From assembly GCA_021849125.1 (NCBI GenBank), contig JAJZTG010000004.1:1025-65024 (forward strand): DNA of 64,000 nt, written 5' to 3'. The translations under genes were made by a program, and so were the position numbers. Numbering within the stretch: the stretch's first letter is position 1; each line of letters opens with the position of its first letter. Shown piece after piece: positions 38,242 through 50,754 of this stretch. This DNA is from a bacterium. GTDB lineage: Bacteria > Patescibacteriota > Minisyncoccia > Phycocordibacterales > Phycocordibacteraceae. A model generated the notes under the pieces. The model saw only the letters and a list, made by a program, of their open reading frames with translations. It searched no databases and had not been told where the DNA came from.

Positions 38242-39579
38242 ATGCCAACGGAAATAGGGACAGGAACGGGCGTTTTGGGGGCAAAACCGGCACCCCAGGA
38301 GGCGGTAAGGGTGCGGTACTGCCTCTACGCCAGAAAGAGCACCGAGCAGGACGAAATGCAGGCGCTCTCGATAGATAGCCAGATCAAGGAGATGACCGCG
38401 CTTGCGGCGAGGGACGGACTGGAGGTCGTCGAGGTAAAACGTGAAAGCCACTCGGCCAAAGAGGCCAGCCGGAGGCCGGTATTCAATGAGATGCTGGACG
38501 GGATTCGCACTGGCAGGTTCAACGGGATACTGACATGGGCGGCAGACCGCATCAGCCGCAACGCAGGCGACCTCGGGAGGGTCGTCGACCTGATGGATGC
38601 AGGAGTGTTAGTGCAGATACAGACATACAGTCAGAAGTTCTCGAACAATCCGAACGAGAAATTCCTTCTGATGATTCTCTGTTCGCAGGCGAAGCTCGAG
38701 AACGACAATAAAAGTCTGAACGTGAAGCGCGGTCTGCGGACGCGAGCTGAAATGGGCATGCTCCCCGGCTGGGCACCGGTCGGATACCTGAATGACAACC
38801 GCTCGGATCATAAATGCGAGTACCTCCTGGACCCGGTACGCGCACCAGTCGTGAAAATGATCTTCGAGAAGGTCGGCAAAGAAAAATGGAGCGGCGTGCG
38901 TGTCTATCACTGGCTTAAAGAAGAGGTCGGGTTCAAAACGCGGAGCGGTGTGAATCTGAACTTGAGCACGATTTACACCGTGCTAAAAAATCCATTCTAC
39001 TGCGGCGTATTTGAGTACCCGCGCGGTTCGGGCAACTGGTATGTCGGCAAGCACCCTCCCCTGATATCGAGAGAGCTGTTCGAGATGGTTAGACAGAAAG
39101 TGCTCGAGGAGACGAAGCCGCATGCCAAGACGGATGGCTTCGCGTTTCTCCGCATGATGACATGCGGCGACTGCGGATCGGGCGTAACGGCTATCGAAAA
39201 GGAGAAAATCATCAAAGGCACCGGTGAATCAAAGATCTATAGGTACTACGTTTGCGGCCGTTCGCGCGACCGACGTTGCAAGAATCCGTATGTCCGCGAG
39301 GACGCGCTTGTCGAACAACTCTGCGCCCTTATAGACGAGATTGAAATAGACCGCCTCGGCGCGAGGGCGCTTATCGAAAAGGAGGTTGCCCGGTTCAATA
39401 AGATGCAGTCGAAGGTAATGGGGACAAAGATAGCGGAGAAGGCCCGCGATGTAGATATCAAACGCTATGCAAAGTACCTGCTCGAAGAAGGCACGACCGA
39501 AGAGAAGAGGCAGCTTCTAGAGCAATTGCGCGGCAAGCTTGTACTTTCAAATAAGGAGATCGTCCTAGCGCAAGGCTAA
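38242..39579 (+). CDS. Large serine recombinase (integrase)
   Basis: YARKS catalytic Ser, DRISRN, recombinase domain, CGDCG..YYVC..C zinc ribbon. Confidence 0.93.
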   Translation: MPTEIGTGTGVLGAKPAPQEAVRVRYCLYARKSTEQDEMQALSIDSQIKEMTALAARDGLEVVEVKRESHSAKEASRRPVFNEMLDGIRTGRFNGILTWAADRISRNAGDLGRVVDLMDAGVLVQIQTYSQKFSNNPNEKFLLMILCSQAKLENDNKSLNVKRGLRTRAEMGMLPGWAPVGYLNDNRSDHKCEYLLDPVRAPVVKMIFEKVGKEKWSGVRVYHWLKEEVGFKTRSGVNLNLSTIYTVLKNPFYCGVFEYPRGSGNWYVGKHPPLISRELFEMVRQKVLEETKPHAKTDGFAFLRMMTCGDCGSGVTAIEKEKIIKGTGESKIYRYYVCGRSRDRRCKNPYVREDALVEQLCALIDEIEIDRLGARALIEKEVARFNKMQSKVMGTKIAEKARDVDIKRYAKYLLEEGTTEEKRQLLEQLRGKLVLSNKEIVLAQG

Positions 39580-39688
39580 AGCAAAAGCCGCGACAAGTCG
39601 TCGCGGCTTTTGCTTACGTGATGCCCGTCGGTACCGTACTGGCCTTTGGGCGGGCCGGTACTGGTTCCTGGCGTCACAACCGTGTTGC
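39579..39688. repeat. att-like composite repeat A abutting tRNA-fMet
   Basis: gcaaaagccgc hairpin, CGGTA at 39629 and 39656, gtgttgc core running into the tRNA. Confidence 0.85.
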
Positions 39689-39755
39689 GGGGGCCGGAAT
39701 CGAACCGGCGTCTGGAGGTTATGAGCCTCCCGAGGTACCTCTCCTCTACCCCGCT
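39685..39755 (-). tRNA. tRNA-Met(CAT), initiator-like
   Basis: 1:72 mismatch, GGAGG-CT CAT AA-CCTCC, GGTTCGATTCC T-arm. Confidence 0.88.
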
Positions 39756-39829
39756 ATCCTAAACAGCACGAGACGGCACACCGTCTTGCTATGACACTAA
39801 TATAACGATTTTTGAGCGCTCGTGCAACC

Positions 39830-40405
39830 CTAGAGCATCTCGAACTCGCGGAAGACGGATTCGTAGCGCGCGAGCGTGCGGCGCATGAGGGTTTCCGAAA
39901 GATCGAAAGCAGAGCCCTGGTGCGCGATCTGATTGCGCACTTTGTGCGCCTCCCAGGCGTCGTTCAGCGTATCGAAGTCGGCCGGGTCCACCGTCTTCAG
40001 CTTCTCGCCTACACCCTCCCCCGTGTAGCCCTGCTTGGTGAGCATATCGTCGAGCATAATGTCCGCTTCTATGATCGCGGTGCGCCAGTCGCTCGGGTTC
40101 GTGCTCCCTTCAAGCGACTCGATATGCGCCCAGCGCGGGTTGCCGCCCTCCTCTTCTGGCGTAAGGATGAGCGTGCCGTAGTACTCGTCTTCGCGCTTGC
40201 GCAACTCGAAGAGCCGGATCGTCTCATAGATGATGAGAATGAGCGCGAGGACCGCGAGGATATAGCCCACGATGACGATGATGAGCCAGAGGTGCGCAAG
40301 CCACGCAGAGAAACCGGCAAGGTCGACCGATCCGTAACAGCCGCCATGCAGGCAGTCATACAAGAGACGGAACCAATACTCGACGTTGGCCTGGCTAGTA
40401 GGCAT
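39830..40405 (-). CDS. Hypothetical single-TM membrane protein
   Basis: TM segment then WRTAIIEAD...AWEAHKVRNQIAH. Confidence 0.75.
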   Translation of the reverse strand: MPTSQANVEYWFRLLYDCLHGGCYGSVDLAGFSAWLAHLWLIIVIVGYILAVLALILIIYETIRLFELRKREDEYYGTLILTPEEEGGNPRWAHIESLEGSTNPSDWRTAIIEADIMLDDMLTKQGYTGEGVGEKLKTVDPADFDTLNDAWEAHKVRNQIAHQGSAFDLSETLMRRTLARYESVFREFEML

Positions 40406-40436
40406 ATATCCTTAGCATACCAAGCGCGAAGCGTCT

Positions 40437-41867
40437 TTAGCCTGCTTTCTCCACTGCTGATGCTACGTTGAAGAGAATCTCCTCCGCCTGATGCGGTGCG
40501 GTGAAGTGGATGCCGATAGGGAGCGCTCTTCCATCGCGCTCTACCGTACCCATCGGTACCGAGAGTGCCGGCATGCCAGTCAGGTTCGCGGTCACCGTAA
40601 AGATGTCCTCGAGGTACATGGAGATCGGATCACTCTTCTCGCCGAACTTGAAAGCCGGCGAAAGCGTCGTCGGGAAGGCGATGACGTCTACCTTCTCGAA
40701 CGCGTCATCGTATTCGCGACGGAGGACGCCACGTGCGGCATCAGCCTTGCGGTAGTACGCATCGATATAGCCCGACGAAAGGACGAAGGTGCCAAGGAGG
40801 ATGCGGCGACGCGTCTCTTCCCCGAAGCCCTCGGTACGCGAGAGGAGGTAGTCCTCAAGGAGGGTATCGCCGCGCGAGGCGTGCCCGTAGCGGACACCAT
40901 CGAGGCGCGCGAGGTTCGTCGAGACCTCGGCTGGCATGAGGACGTAGTACGCCGCAAGCGCATGCCCGCTCGTGGGAAGCTCGATATCGACGAGCGTATG
41001 CCCTTCTGACTCAAGCTTCTTCAGCGTCTCATCGAACGCCGCGCGAACATCTTCTTGCACGCCCTCCGTAAGAAGGTGACGCGGGACGCCGATCACAAGC
41101 TTCTCTGAAACTTCTTTTGACGGATAGAGCCCGTCCGGAATGGTCGTCGCGTCCATCGGGTCGATGCCGCGGATCGTATCGAAAAGCACCTTCGCGTCTT
41201 CCACCGACTTCGTAAGCGGACCGATCTGGTCGAGGGAAGAACCCATCGCGATCGCACCGCTGCGCGAGACGGCGCCGTAGGTGGGCTTCACGCCGACAAG
41301 GCCGCAGAGTGCTGCTGGCTGGCGGATAGAACCGCCCGTATCGGTACCGAGTGCTGCGATGCAGAGATGTGCCGCGACTGCGGCAGCAGAGCCGCCCGAC
41401 GAGCCTCCGGGCACACGCTCAGGGTCGTGCGGGTTCTTGGTCGAACCGAATGCCGAGTGCTCGGTCGAGCTACCCATCGCGAACTCGTCCATGTTCGCAC
41501 GCCCGACGAAGAGCGCACCCGCTTCCTTGAGCTTCGTGATGACGGTCGCGTCATACGTCGCGCGATAGTTCTCGAGCATCTTCGACGCAGCGCTCGCGAT
41601 CTTCCCTTCTATCAGGATGTTGTCCTTGATCGCAAGCGGGATGCCCGAAAGAAGCGGTGCTGCGTCGCCTTCGCGGTCGATGCGCTCCTGCGCGGCCGCG
41701 ATCGCAGCATCGTCTGCCTCGAAGATCTCAAGGTAGGCGTTCAGCTCCAGATTCTTCTCCTTCGCCGCCGTGACGCACGCATCCCAGAGCTCGCGTACGG
41801 TACACTCCCGTGCGCGGAGCGCGCGGGCTGCTTCGATGATCCCGAGCTCGTTCGGTTTCTTAGTCAT
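40437..41867 (-). CDS. gatA: Asp/Glu-tRNA amidotransferase subunit A
   Basis: IKDNI, NMDEFAMGSS, GGSSGGS, GTDTGGSIRQPA. Confidence 0.96.
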   Translation of the reverse strand: MTKKPNELGIIEAARALRARECTVRELWDACVTAAKEKNLELNAYLEIFEADDAAIAAAQERIDREGDAAPLLSGIPLAIKDNILIEGKIASAASKMLENYRATYDATVITKLKEAGALFVGRANMDEFAMGSSTEHSAFGSTKNPHDPERVPGGSSGGSAAAVAAHLCIAALGTDTGGSIRQPAALCGLVGVKPTYGAVSRSGAIAMGSSLDQIGPLTKSVEDAKVLFDTIRGIDPMDATTIPDGLYPSKEVSEKLVIGVPRHLLTEGVQEDVRAAFDETLKKLESEGHTLVDIELPTSGHALAAYYVLMPAEVSTNLARLDGVRYGHASRGDTLLEDYLLSRTEGFGEETRRRILLGTFVLSSGYIDAYYRKADAARGVLRREYDDAFEKVDVIAFPTTLSPAFKFGEKSDPISMYLEDIFTVTANLTGMPALSVPMGTVERDGRALPIGIHFTAPHQAEEILFNVASAVEKAG

Positions 41868-42153
41868 GAGCGATGATCTGCTTCACGACGAGTGCATCGC
41901 CTTCACGTGCGGGGAACTGCGCCGCGATCTTCTCCGTGTACGCACCCGGCGTATGGGGCTCACCGTCTTCGCGCATCACGTTTCGAAGCGGCGGCTTCTT
42001 CGCGTCAGGGCTCGTGGAGATATCGAGCGACTCGAGCTGCCCGACGTACGCGAGGATCGCGTCGAACTCGTTCGTAAACTTCTCCAGGTCAGCGTCCGCG
42101 ATCTTCACGCGCGCGAGCGCCGCAAGCTTCTTCACGTCTTCCGTGGTTGCCAT
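41860..42153 (-). CDS. gatC: Asp/Glu-tRNA amidotransferase subunit C
   Basis: VKKLAALAR, ILAYVGQL, NVMRED; upstream of gatA. Confidence 0.9.
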   Translation of the reverse strand: MATTEDVKKLAALARVKIADADLEKFTNEFDAILAYVGQLESLDISTSPDAKKPPLRNVMREDGEPHTPGAYTEKIAAQFPAREGDALVVKQIIAHD

Positions 42154-42240
42154 AGAAGGTACTCTACCACAGCACCAAAAAGCTTCCATTACTGGCCACA
42201 TGACGCTTGCTAAGATCGTAGGCTTTTGGCGCTGGGCAGG

Positions 42241-44782
<2,542 letters not shown>

Positions 44783-44792
<10 letters not shown>

Positions 44793-45382
44793 GGCGTCAG
44801 ATGGTCAGTGACCGTTATCTGGTAGGGCGAACCGTGGAAAGTCCACGAGACTTGCGAGACGACACGGACCTCGTTTGCGGAGATATCACTCACTTGGATC
44901 GTCCGAGTGAACGGCGTGACCTCCGCACCGCTTAAGCCTCCTTGCTCCGTATAGATATTGTTCACGAGGTAGAGCGGCGAACAGGTCCCTCCTGGGCACG
45001 GCTCAAGCGCGAACCCGCTTCCTGCACCCATGCTGCGCGCCGGATCAAGCGTACAGACGGCCGTCCGGCACGGTGTCACGGAACCCGCGCTCGAGCCGGT
45101 AAGGAAATCCGTCCATGCTGCAGCCGATGCGCCGCTACCGCCTGCCTGATACGCGGAAAGATAGGTATCATCGCGCATCGCTCGAACGTATTCGACGCCT
45201 TCCTGCGCCAGATACGAAGCGGTAAGCTCATCGCGCGCGATCTCGGCAGCGACCAGCGCCCGATTCGCGGTAAAGAGGGGTCCTGCGATCGAAAGGACGA
45301 GGATGGTAACCGCGATCATAGCCTCCACGAGCGTGAAGCCTTCGTTCTTTTTCCGGTACTGCTTGTGAGAGAGCATGGTCAT
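44783..45382 (-). CDS. PilV-like minor pilin
   Basis: G/FTLVE, YLAQEGVE. Confidence 0.8.
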
Positions 45383-45930
45383 ATGTCGCTTCCGCGCATG
45401 GTGGCGCCCGTCTCGACCGTAAAAGGCTGTGTCTTCCCGGGTCCGGTCGATACCGAGCCGACGACGATGATCGTCAGCCGCGGCTGATGGTAATCACTGG
45501 GCACCGGCTGGCTGCCTGACGTATAAAACGTGAGCGAAGTGATCACGACGGATGGGTCGGTAAGAGAAACCGGTACGCCGTTCGTCACTTTCTGGAGCGA
45601 TGAACCGGAAAGACTGTATGAAACGGGTGTCCCTTCTTTATCGTTGAACGAGAAGGAAGCTCCGCCAGTCGGACAGTCGCCCGCTCCGCCACAGCTATAC
45701 GCCGAACCGGTGCGGATGTCGCGCGTCATGGTCTCAAGCGCGAACGAGAGATTGTTGATACCGACCGTCGTCCCTTGCGCCTGATGATTGAGCGCGATCA
45801 TGATGAGGTATGCGCTCGCCGACATCATCATGACAAATGCGAAGAGACCGACTGCGACGATAAGCTCGATAAGCGTGTACCCGCGCCTCGCTGCATTTCG
45901 TTTTCCGTATGTCGATAGAGACTGTGTCAT
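45379..45930 (-). CDS. PilW/PulJ-like minor pilin
   Basis: G/YTLIE, LETMTRDIR. Confidence 0.8.
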   Translation of the reverse strand: MTQSLSTYGKRNAARRGYTLIELIVAVGLFAFVMMMSASAYLIMIALNHQAQGTTVGINNLSFALETMTRDIRTGSAYSCGGAGDCPTGGASFSFNDKEGTPVSYSLSGSSLQKVTNGVPVSLTDPSVVITSLTFYTSGSQPVPSDYHQPRLTIIVVGSVSTGPGKTQPFTVETGATMRGSDI

Positions 45931-46586
45931 GGGCATGATGCGGCGGTCGCGGTTATCTCGCCGGATGCCGAGATCGAGACATACCGGGCACCCCCTTGCG
46001 GCGAAGCGAGAGTAAGGCAAGCTTCCGTGATCGGATTGAGCGACGGATAGGTCCCGTTCGTGCTTATGAAAGGATTCGGGTTCGGGCGGGCAAAGACGAT
46101 ATCGAGCGTGGAGAGCCCTCCTCCTTGCGCGACCGCACAGGCCCAGGATCCTCCGGCAAGGGCGCAGAAATCGCTTATCGTGATGTTATTCCCGAGCGTA
46201 TAGTCCGTGACACGCGTATCTTGCGATCCGTAGCTGCAATCTCCTGAAAGCGCGTCCGGGGCCGACGGGTCCGTTATCCTGTGGCACACCGACCCGGTAG
46301 AGGGGGCCGGGTACGTATCGGCGAACACCGTATACGACCCAGGCGTCGCGATATCGAAATGCGCCCCATAGCCGGCGGGCACGGTCCCGATAGCACGCCC
46401 ACCGATGCCATACGTTTCTACGGCTGTCAAAGAAAGCGCGACATCATAGGAAGTATTAGCGAGGACCAAGGTCTTATTGAACGCGCTCTGACTCGAAAGC
46501 ACTACCGCCATCACAACGGCAATGATAGCGAGAACCACGAGGAGTTCTACCAGGGTAAAACCGCGATGAGAGTGAAAGGGTTCCAT
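45927..46586 (-). CDS. FimT/FimU-like minor pilin
   Basis: G/FTLVELLVV. Confidence 0.78.
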   Translation of the reverse strand: MEPFHSHRGFTLVELLVVLAIIAVVMAVVLSSQSAFNKTLVLANTSYDVALSLTAVETYGIGGRAIGTVPAGYGAHFDIATPGSYTVFADTYPAPSTGSVCHRITDPSAPDALSGDCSYGSQDTRVTDYTLGNNITISDFCALAGGSWACAVAQGGGLSTLDIVFARPNPNPFISTNGTYPSLNPITEACLTLASPQGGARYVSISASGEITATAASCP

Positions 46587-47314
46587 TGGGTAAAGTACGC
46601 GAGGAGGAAGCCCGAAGCGAGAAACGGCGCGAAGGGTACCTCAACTCCCATTCTAAAACCTCGCGGTCTCCGCGCCAACAGCACTATGCCGATAACTGCC
46701 CCGATCCAGAATGAAAAGATGAAGCCAGGGAAAGCTGCGGACCCTGTGAGAAGCGCGAGGCCGAAAGAAAGCGGCGCATCGGCAAACCCCATCGCCCTGC
46801 CGCGCGAAAGCATATTGATCGCCGCAAGGCTTCCTGCAATAAGGAGTGCGGCTACTGCCGTATCACGAAAAGCGACAAGAGACGGAGCGGAGAGAAACGC
46901 GACGATCAAGCTTGCCGTTATGAACACGACGAGAAGCGGCGTCGGCAGTATCTGATGCGCAAGATCGTAGAGAACGAGCGAGAGGAGTGCCGCAAGCGCC
47001 AAAAGCATGAACGGCAGAGCGACCGACAGCCCGAGCTGCAGATACGCGAGAGCGAACAAGGTCCCGAGGAGCGCTTCGCTTATAGGTGAAACCGGCGAAA
47101 GGCGCGTACCGCAACAGGAAGCGCGACCGCCGAGCCCGACGAACGAGAGAATCGGGAAAAGCGCTCCCGGCACAAGCGTCACCGTGCACGCATCACAGGA
47201 GGAGCGGCCGGAAATAAAACCTTGCGCAGTGTAGAGACGTGCGACGATGACTCCTATGAAGCTTGCACTGATCGCACCGAGCGCAAAGAACGTAAGCGGC
47301 AAAAGCAGAGACAT
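46547..47314 (-). CDS. pilD: Prepilin peptidase
   Basis: RSSCDAC, RASCC, YD, MGFAD, VPFAPFL. Confidence 0.88.
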   Translation of the reverse strand: MSLLLPLTFFALGAISASFIGVIVARLYTAQGFISGRSSCDACTVTLVPGALFPILSFVGLGGRASCCGTRLSPVSPISEALLGTLFALAYLQLGLSVALPFMLLALAALLSLVLYDLAHQILPTPLLVVFITASLIVAFLSAPSLVAFRDTAVAALLIAGSLAAINMLSRGRAMGFADAPLSFGLALLTGSAAFPGFIFSFWIGAVIGIVLLARRPRGFRMGVEVPFAPFLASGFLLAYFTQWNPFTLIAVLPW

Positions 47315-47381
47315 GCTCGCATGATAGCAGAAGACCCGCGGCATACGCCGCGGGTCTTCTGGATATTCTTCTTAGGATCGA

Positions 47382-47876
47382 CTATTGCACCGAAGCGCAG
47401 GTGCCGCAGGATGCTCCGGTCAAGAGGAGCGAGTTCACCCCGCACCGGCTTCCGCTGCTGTCGACGCACCAATAGGTTGAATTAGAGGCTGCAACATCAG
47501 CAGGACGCGATACCGCTACAGCATACGCGGAGCCCGTCGATAGGCAGGCCGCGACACCACCTGCAGAATTCGTTAACGCTCCAGCAATCGCCTTTTCAAC
47601 CGTCGAATCGTGGAAGAGAGTCGTTCCGGCAGTCCCCACCGTAGGACAAGTCGCTGGCGATCCTGAACCGTTATCGAACGTCCCGTAGGAATTTCCGTTA
47701 TCTGACAAGAAGATTGCTGCTTGGGTAGCCACCGTACCGAGATCCGCCTTTATCGCTGCGTCATTACCCTTGCTGCGGGCCGTGTTGAGGGATGCAAGCA
47801 CGACTGCCGAGAGGATGCCGATGATGGCAATCACGACGAGAAGTTCGATAAGGGTGAAACCGCGTTTGACGTTCAT
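47382..47876 (-). CDS. Type IV pilin
   Basis: [18 protein letters not shown]-terminal WCVDS. Confidence 0.9.
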   Translation of the reverse strand: MNVKRGFTLIELLVVIAIIGILSAVVLASLNTARSKGNDAAIKADLGTVATQAAIFLSDNGNSYGTFDNGSGSPATCPTVGTAGTTLFHDSTVEKAIAGALTNSAGGVAACLSTGSAYAVAVSRPADVAASNSTYWCVDSSGSRCGVNSLLLTGASCGTCASVQ

Positions 47877-47929
47877 GAGTATATCGAGTTACGGAATCCT
47901 TTTAAATTCAAAGGATCCTTTTGAGGAGA

Positions 47930-48391
47930 TTAATTTCCGCAGGCTGTTGCGCCAGCGACCATAGCCGCCGTCGTCTGCTTTGCGGTACCCGTGCTGTCGA
48001 CGCACCAGTACTTGGTATTGTCAGATGCGAGCGGTGACTGAACTGCGTATGCCGATGCCGAGCTGTTGCAGGTAACTGTACCGGTACCATTGGCCGTGTC
48101 TACGCCTGCAAGCGCCTTTACAATCGTCGCGTCTGCGAAGAGAGTTCCTGCCGTTGCGGCACAACTGTTATTAGAAACTGCAACCGAACCGTAGCTATTA
48201 TTACCGGCACCGCCGTAGAAGATTTCCGCCTGGGTCTGAATGGTCGAGAAGTCGGCCTGGATAGCTGCGTCATTACCCTTGCTGCGGGCCGTGTTGAGGG
48301 ATGCAAGCACGACTGCCGAGAGGATGCCGATGATGGCAATCACGACGAGAAGTTCGATAAGGGTGAAACCGTGGGAACGAGTCTTGTACAT
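47930..48391 (-). CDS. Type IV pilin
   Basis: [18 protein letters not shown]-terminal WCVDS. Confidence 0.9.
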   Translation of the reverse strand: MYKTRSHGFTLIELLVVIAIIGILSAVVLASLNTARSKGNDAAIQADFSTIQTQAEIFYGGAGNNSYGSVAVSNNSCAATAGTLFADATIVKALAGVDTANGTGTVTCNSSASAYAVQSPLASDNTKYWCVDSTGTAKQTTAAMVAGATACGN

Positions 48392-48471
48392 AATATTTTG
48401 TATTTTATTAATGCTTCAATTGTACGCCATGGTCTCTCGTAAGGAAACCATGCTGTGGATAAGCGATTTCC

Positions 48472-49677
48472 CTAAATGGACCCTGCGAGGTTGTAGATCG
48501 GGAGGAGGACGGCCGCAAGAAGCGTGCCTACGCCAAGACCGAGGAGCACGATCATGACCGGCTCGATGAGCCCGACGAGTGTATCGACAGCATTGGTCAC
48601 CTCACGATTGTAGAATTTCGCGAGCGTCGTGAGGATCTTTCCGAGCTCGCCGGTCTCCTCACCCACTTTCGTCATGGCCACCATGATTCCTGGGATCTCC
48701 GGGTGCTTCCCAAGCGCGTCAGAGATCGGCAAGCCGCCTTTCACGTCAGCAGCGACTGCGGTGAGCACTTGTTCATAAGCAACGTTGCCCACGACCGAGC
48801 TGGTGATATCGATAGCTTCCACCACCGAGATACCCGAGAGGAGCATGGTGGCGAAGTTGTCAGCGATACGCGAAAGGTAGAGCTTGGTATAGAGATCTCC
48901 CACATAGGGTACCGAGAGCTTCAGACGATCAAGAACGAGCTTGCCGTGCTCGGTCTTATGGAGTTGCCAGAGGTATGCAGCCCCCGCAACCAGCGCGATG
49001 AATATCAATATCCCGTATTGCACGAGGAAGTTCGAGAAACCGATGATGATGCTCGTATACACTGGGATAGCCTGGCCAGAGTCGAGTAGTACGGCGGTGA
49101 TCTTCGGAATAACGAGCGTGAGCATGAGACCCATCACGCCGAAGAAGACGGCAATAACAAACACCGGGTAGATGAGCGCATTCTCCGCCTTGGAGATGAC
49201 GTCGTAGGACCGGTCGAGATAGTCGGCAAGATACGTGAACGTATCGGAAAGCTTTCCCGACTCCTCGCCTGCGCGAACCATATTTACATAGAATGAAGAA
49301 AAGACCTGCGGATGGCGTGCGAGCGCCTTGCTGATCGGAATGCCGCCTTGGATATCGTCGCCCACGGCCGAAAGGACGTCTGCGAGATATTTGTTCTCAA
49401 TTTCGGCAGCGAGCAGACGGAAAACGCGGAGCGTCGATACCTGCGCTTCAAAAAGCGTCGCGATCTGGCGCGAAAGGATAACGATCTCGCGATTACTCAC
49501 CCGATGAAAGAACGGGAGGTCTTCAAAGAAGCTTTTCTTGGTCTCTGCGGATTCGATCGCCGAGATGATGAGGCTCCGACGTTGCAGCGCGGAGACGGCG
49601 ATATCCTGCGACGGGGCCTCGATAGTACCCTCTCGTTCGTGTCCATCCTGGTCTATAGCTCGGTAAGAGAAAAGCAT
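48472..49677 (-). CDS. pilC: Type IV pilus platform protein
   Basis: RQIATL, AGEESGKL, ALIYP, GEETGEL, IEP. Confidence 0.92.
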   Translation of the reverse strand: MLFSYRAIDQDGHEREGTIEAPSQDIAVSALQRRSLIISAIESAETKKSFFEDLPFFHRVSNREIVILSRQIATLFEAQVSTLRVFRLLAAEIENKYLADVLSAVGDDIQGGIPISKALARHPQVFSSFYVNMVRAGEESGKLSDTFTYLADYLDRSYDVISKAENALIYPVFVIAVFFGVMGLMLTLVIPKITAVLLDSGQAIPVYTSIIIGFSNFLVQYGILIFIALVAGAAYLWQLHKTEHGKLVLDRLKLSVPYVGDLYTKLYLSRIADNFATMLLSGISVVEAIDITSSVVGNVAYEQVLTAVAADVKGGLPISDALGKHPEIPGIMVAMTKVGEETGELGKILTTLAKFYNREVTNAVDTLVGLIEPVMIVLLGLGVGTLLAAVLLPIYNLAGSI

Positions 49678-49683
49678 GGCGGA

Positions 49684-50745
49684 TTATAGATAGGCTTCGA
49701 AGGTCTTCGGTTCCATCGCATGCTCATAGGCGTGCTCGACCGTGACTTCCCCGCGTCGCACAAGCTCCGCGAGCGAACGGTCCATGTCGATCATGCCTTC
49801 CTGGGACGATGTCTGGACGACTGCGGTGATCTCATGCGTACGCGACTCGCGGATGAGAGTCGATATCGCGTTGTTATTGATGAGGAGCTCGTACGCCGGG
49901 ATAAGGCCCCCCGAAATACGCGGGACGAGGCGTTGCGAGAAGATGCCGCGCAAGCTTCCGGCAAGCTGCACGCGGACCTGATCTTGCTGTTCGGCCGGGA
50001 ACATGTCGATGATGCGGTCGATCGTCTGTGCCGCATTATTGGTGTGCAGGGTCGAGAAGACGAGGTGACCGGTCTCGGCTGCGGTCACGGCAGCCGAGAT
50101 CGTCTCGTAGTCGCGCATCTCCCCTACCATGATCACGTCGACGTCTTCGCGGAAAGCGCTTTGGAGTGCCGAGTGAAAATCCGGCGCATCGATATGCACC
50201 TCACGCTGATGGATGAGCGACTTCTTGGGCGCGAAGACATATTCGACCGGGTCCTCGATCGTAAGGATATGTTCTGAGCGCGTCTCGTTGATGCGGTCGA
50301 TCATCGCCGCGAGGGTGGTCGACTTACCCTGCCCGACCGGACCCACTACGAGGAAGAAGCCTTGGCTATGCTGTGTGAAAACCTCGAGTACGGGCGGCAG
50401 ATTAAGCTCGGCGAAGGTGCGGGTCGCATTCGGGATGAGTCGGAGCGCGAGCGCGACGGTCCCTTGCACGCGATATCCGTTCACGCGGAAGCGCGCGTCT
50501 TCCTTATGCGCGTATGAGAGATCGATCGCCTGATTCTTGAGGAACGTATCCCATCGCTCGGACGGCACGATGCTCTTCAGGATCGCCTCCGTCTGCTCCT
50601 TCGTGAGCACAGAGTGTTTCGTCACAGGAATGAGCGCGCCTGCTACGCGGATCATCGGCGTACCGCCTGCAAAGATATGCAAGTCGGAACCGCCTTGGCT
50701 GATAACCAGTTCGAGCAATTCTTCGAGGATCTTGTCGGGAGTCAT
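49684..50745 (-). CDS. pilT: Type IV pilus retraction ATPase
   Basis: SDLHI, GPVGQGKSTT, TIEDPVE, GEMRD, ETGHLVFSTLHT. Confidence 0.92.
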   Translation of the reverse strand: MTPDKILEELLELVISQGGSDLHIFAGGTPMIRVAGALIPVTKHSVLTKEQTEAILKSIVPSERWDTFLKNQAIDLSYAHKEDARFRVNGYRVQGTVALALRLIPNATRTFAELNLPPVLEVFTQHSQGFFLVVGPVGQGKSTTLAAMIDRINETRSEHILTIEDPVEYVFAPKKSLIHQREVHIDAPDFHSALQSAFREDVDVIMVGEMRDYETISAAVTAAETGHLVFSTLHTNNAAQTIDRIIDMFPAEQQDQVRVQLAGSLRGIFSQRLVPRISGGLIPAYELLINNNAISTLIRESRTHEITAVVQTSSQEGMIDMDRSLAELVRRGEVTVEHAYEHAMEPKTFEAYL

Positions 50746-50754
50746 AGGAAATGA

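Larger units (their letters stand above)
23501..39686. mobile_element. Composite integrative island at tRNA-fMet 3' end (serine recombinase element plus tandem single-gene cassettes)
   Basis: Recombinase next to tRNA, four related att-like repeats, visibly AT-richer cargo; left boundary approximate. Confidence 0.75.

Noticed and set aside
37816-38451. 211-aa version of the small ORF
   Set aside because: Its 5' half overlaps the recombinase on the opposite strand; ATG at 38136 has a properly placed TATACT.
27892-39579. Intact prophage
   Set aside because: No capsid, portal, large terminase, tail or lysis genes recognised.
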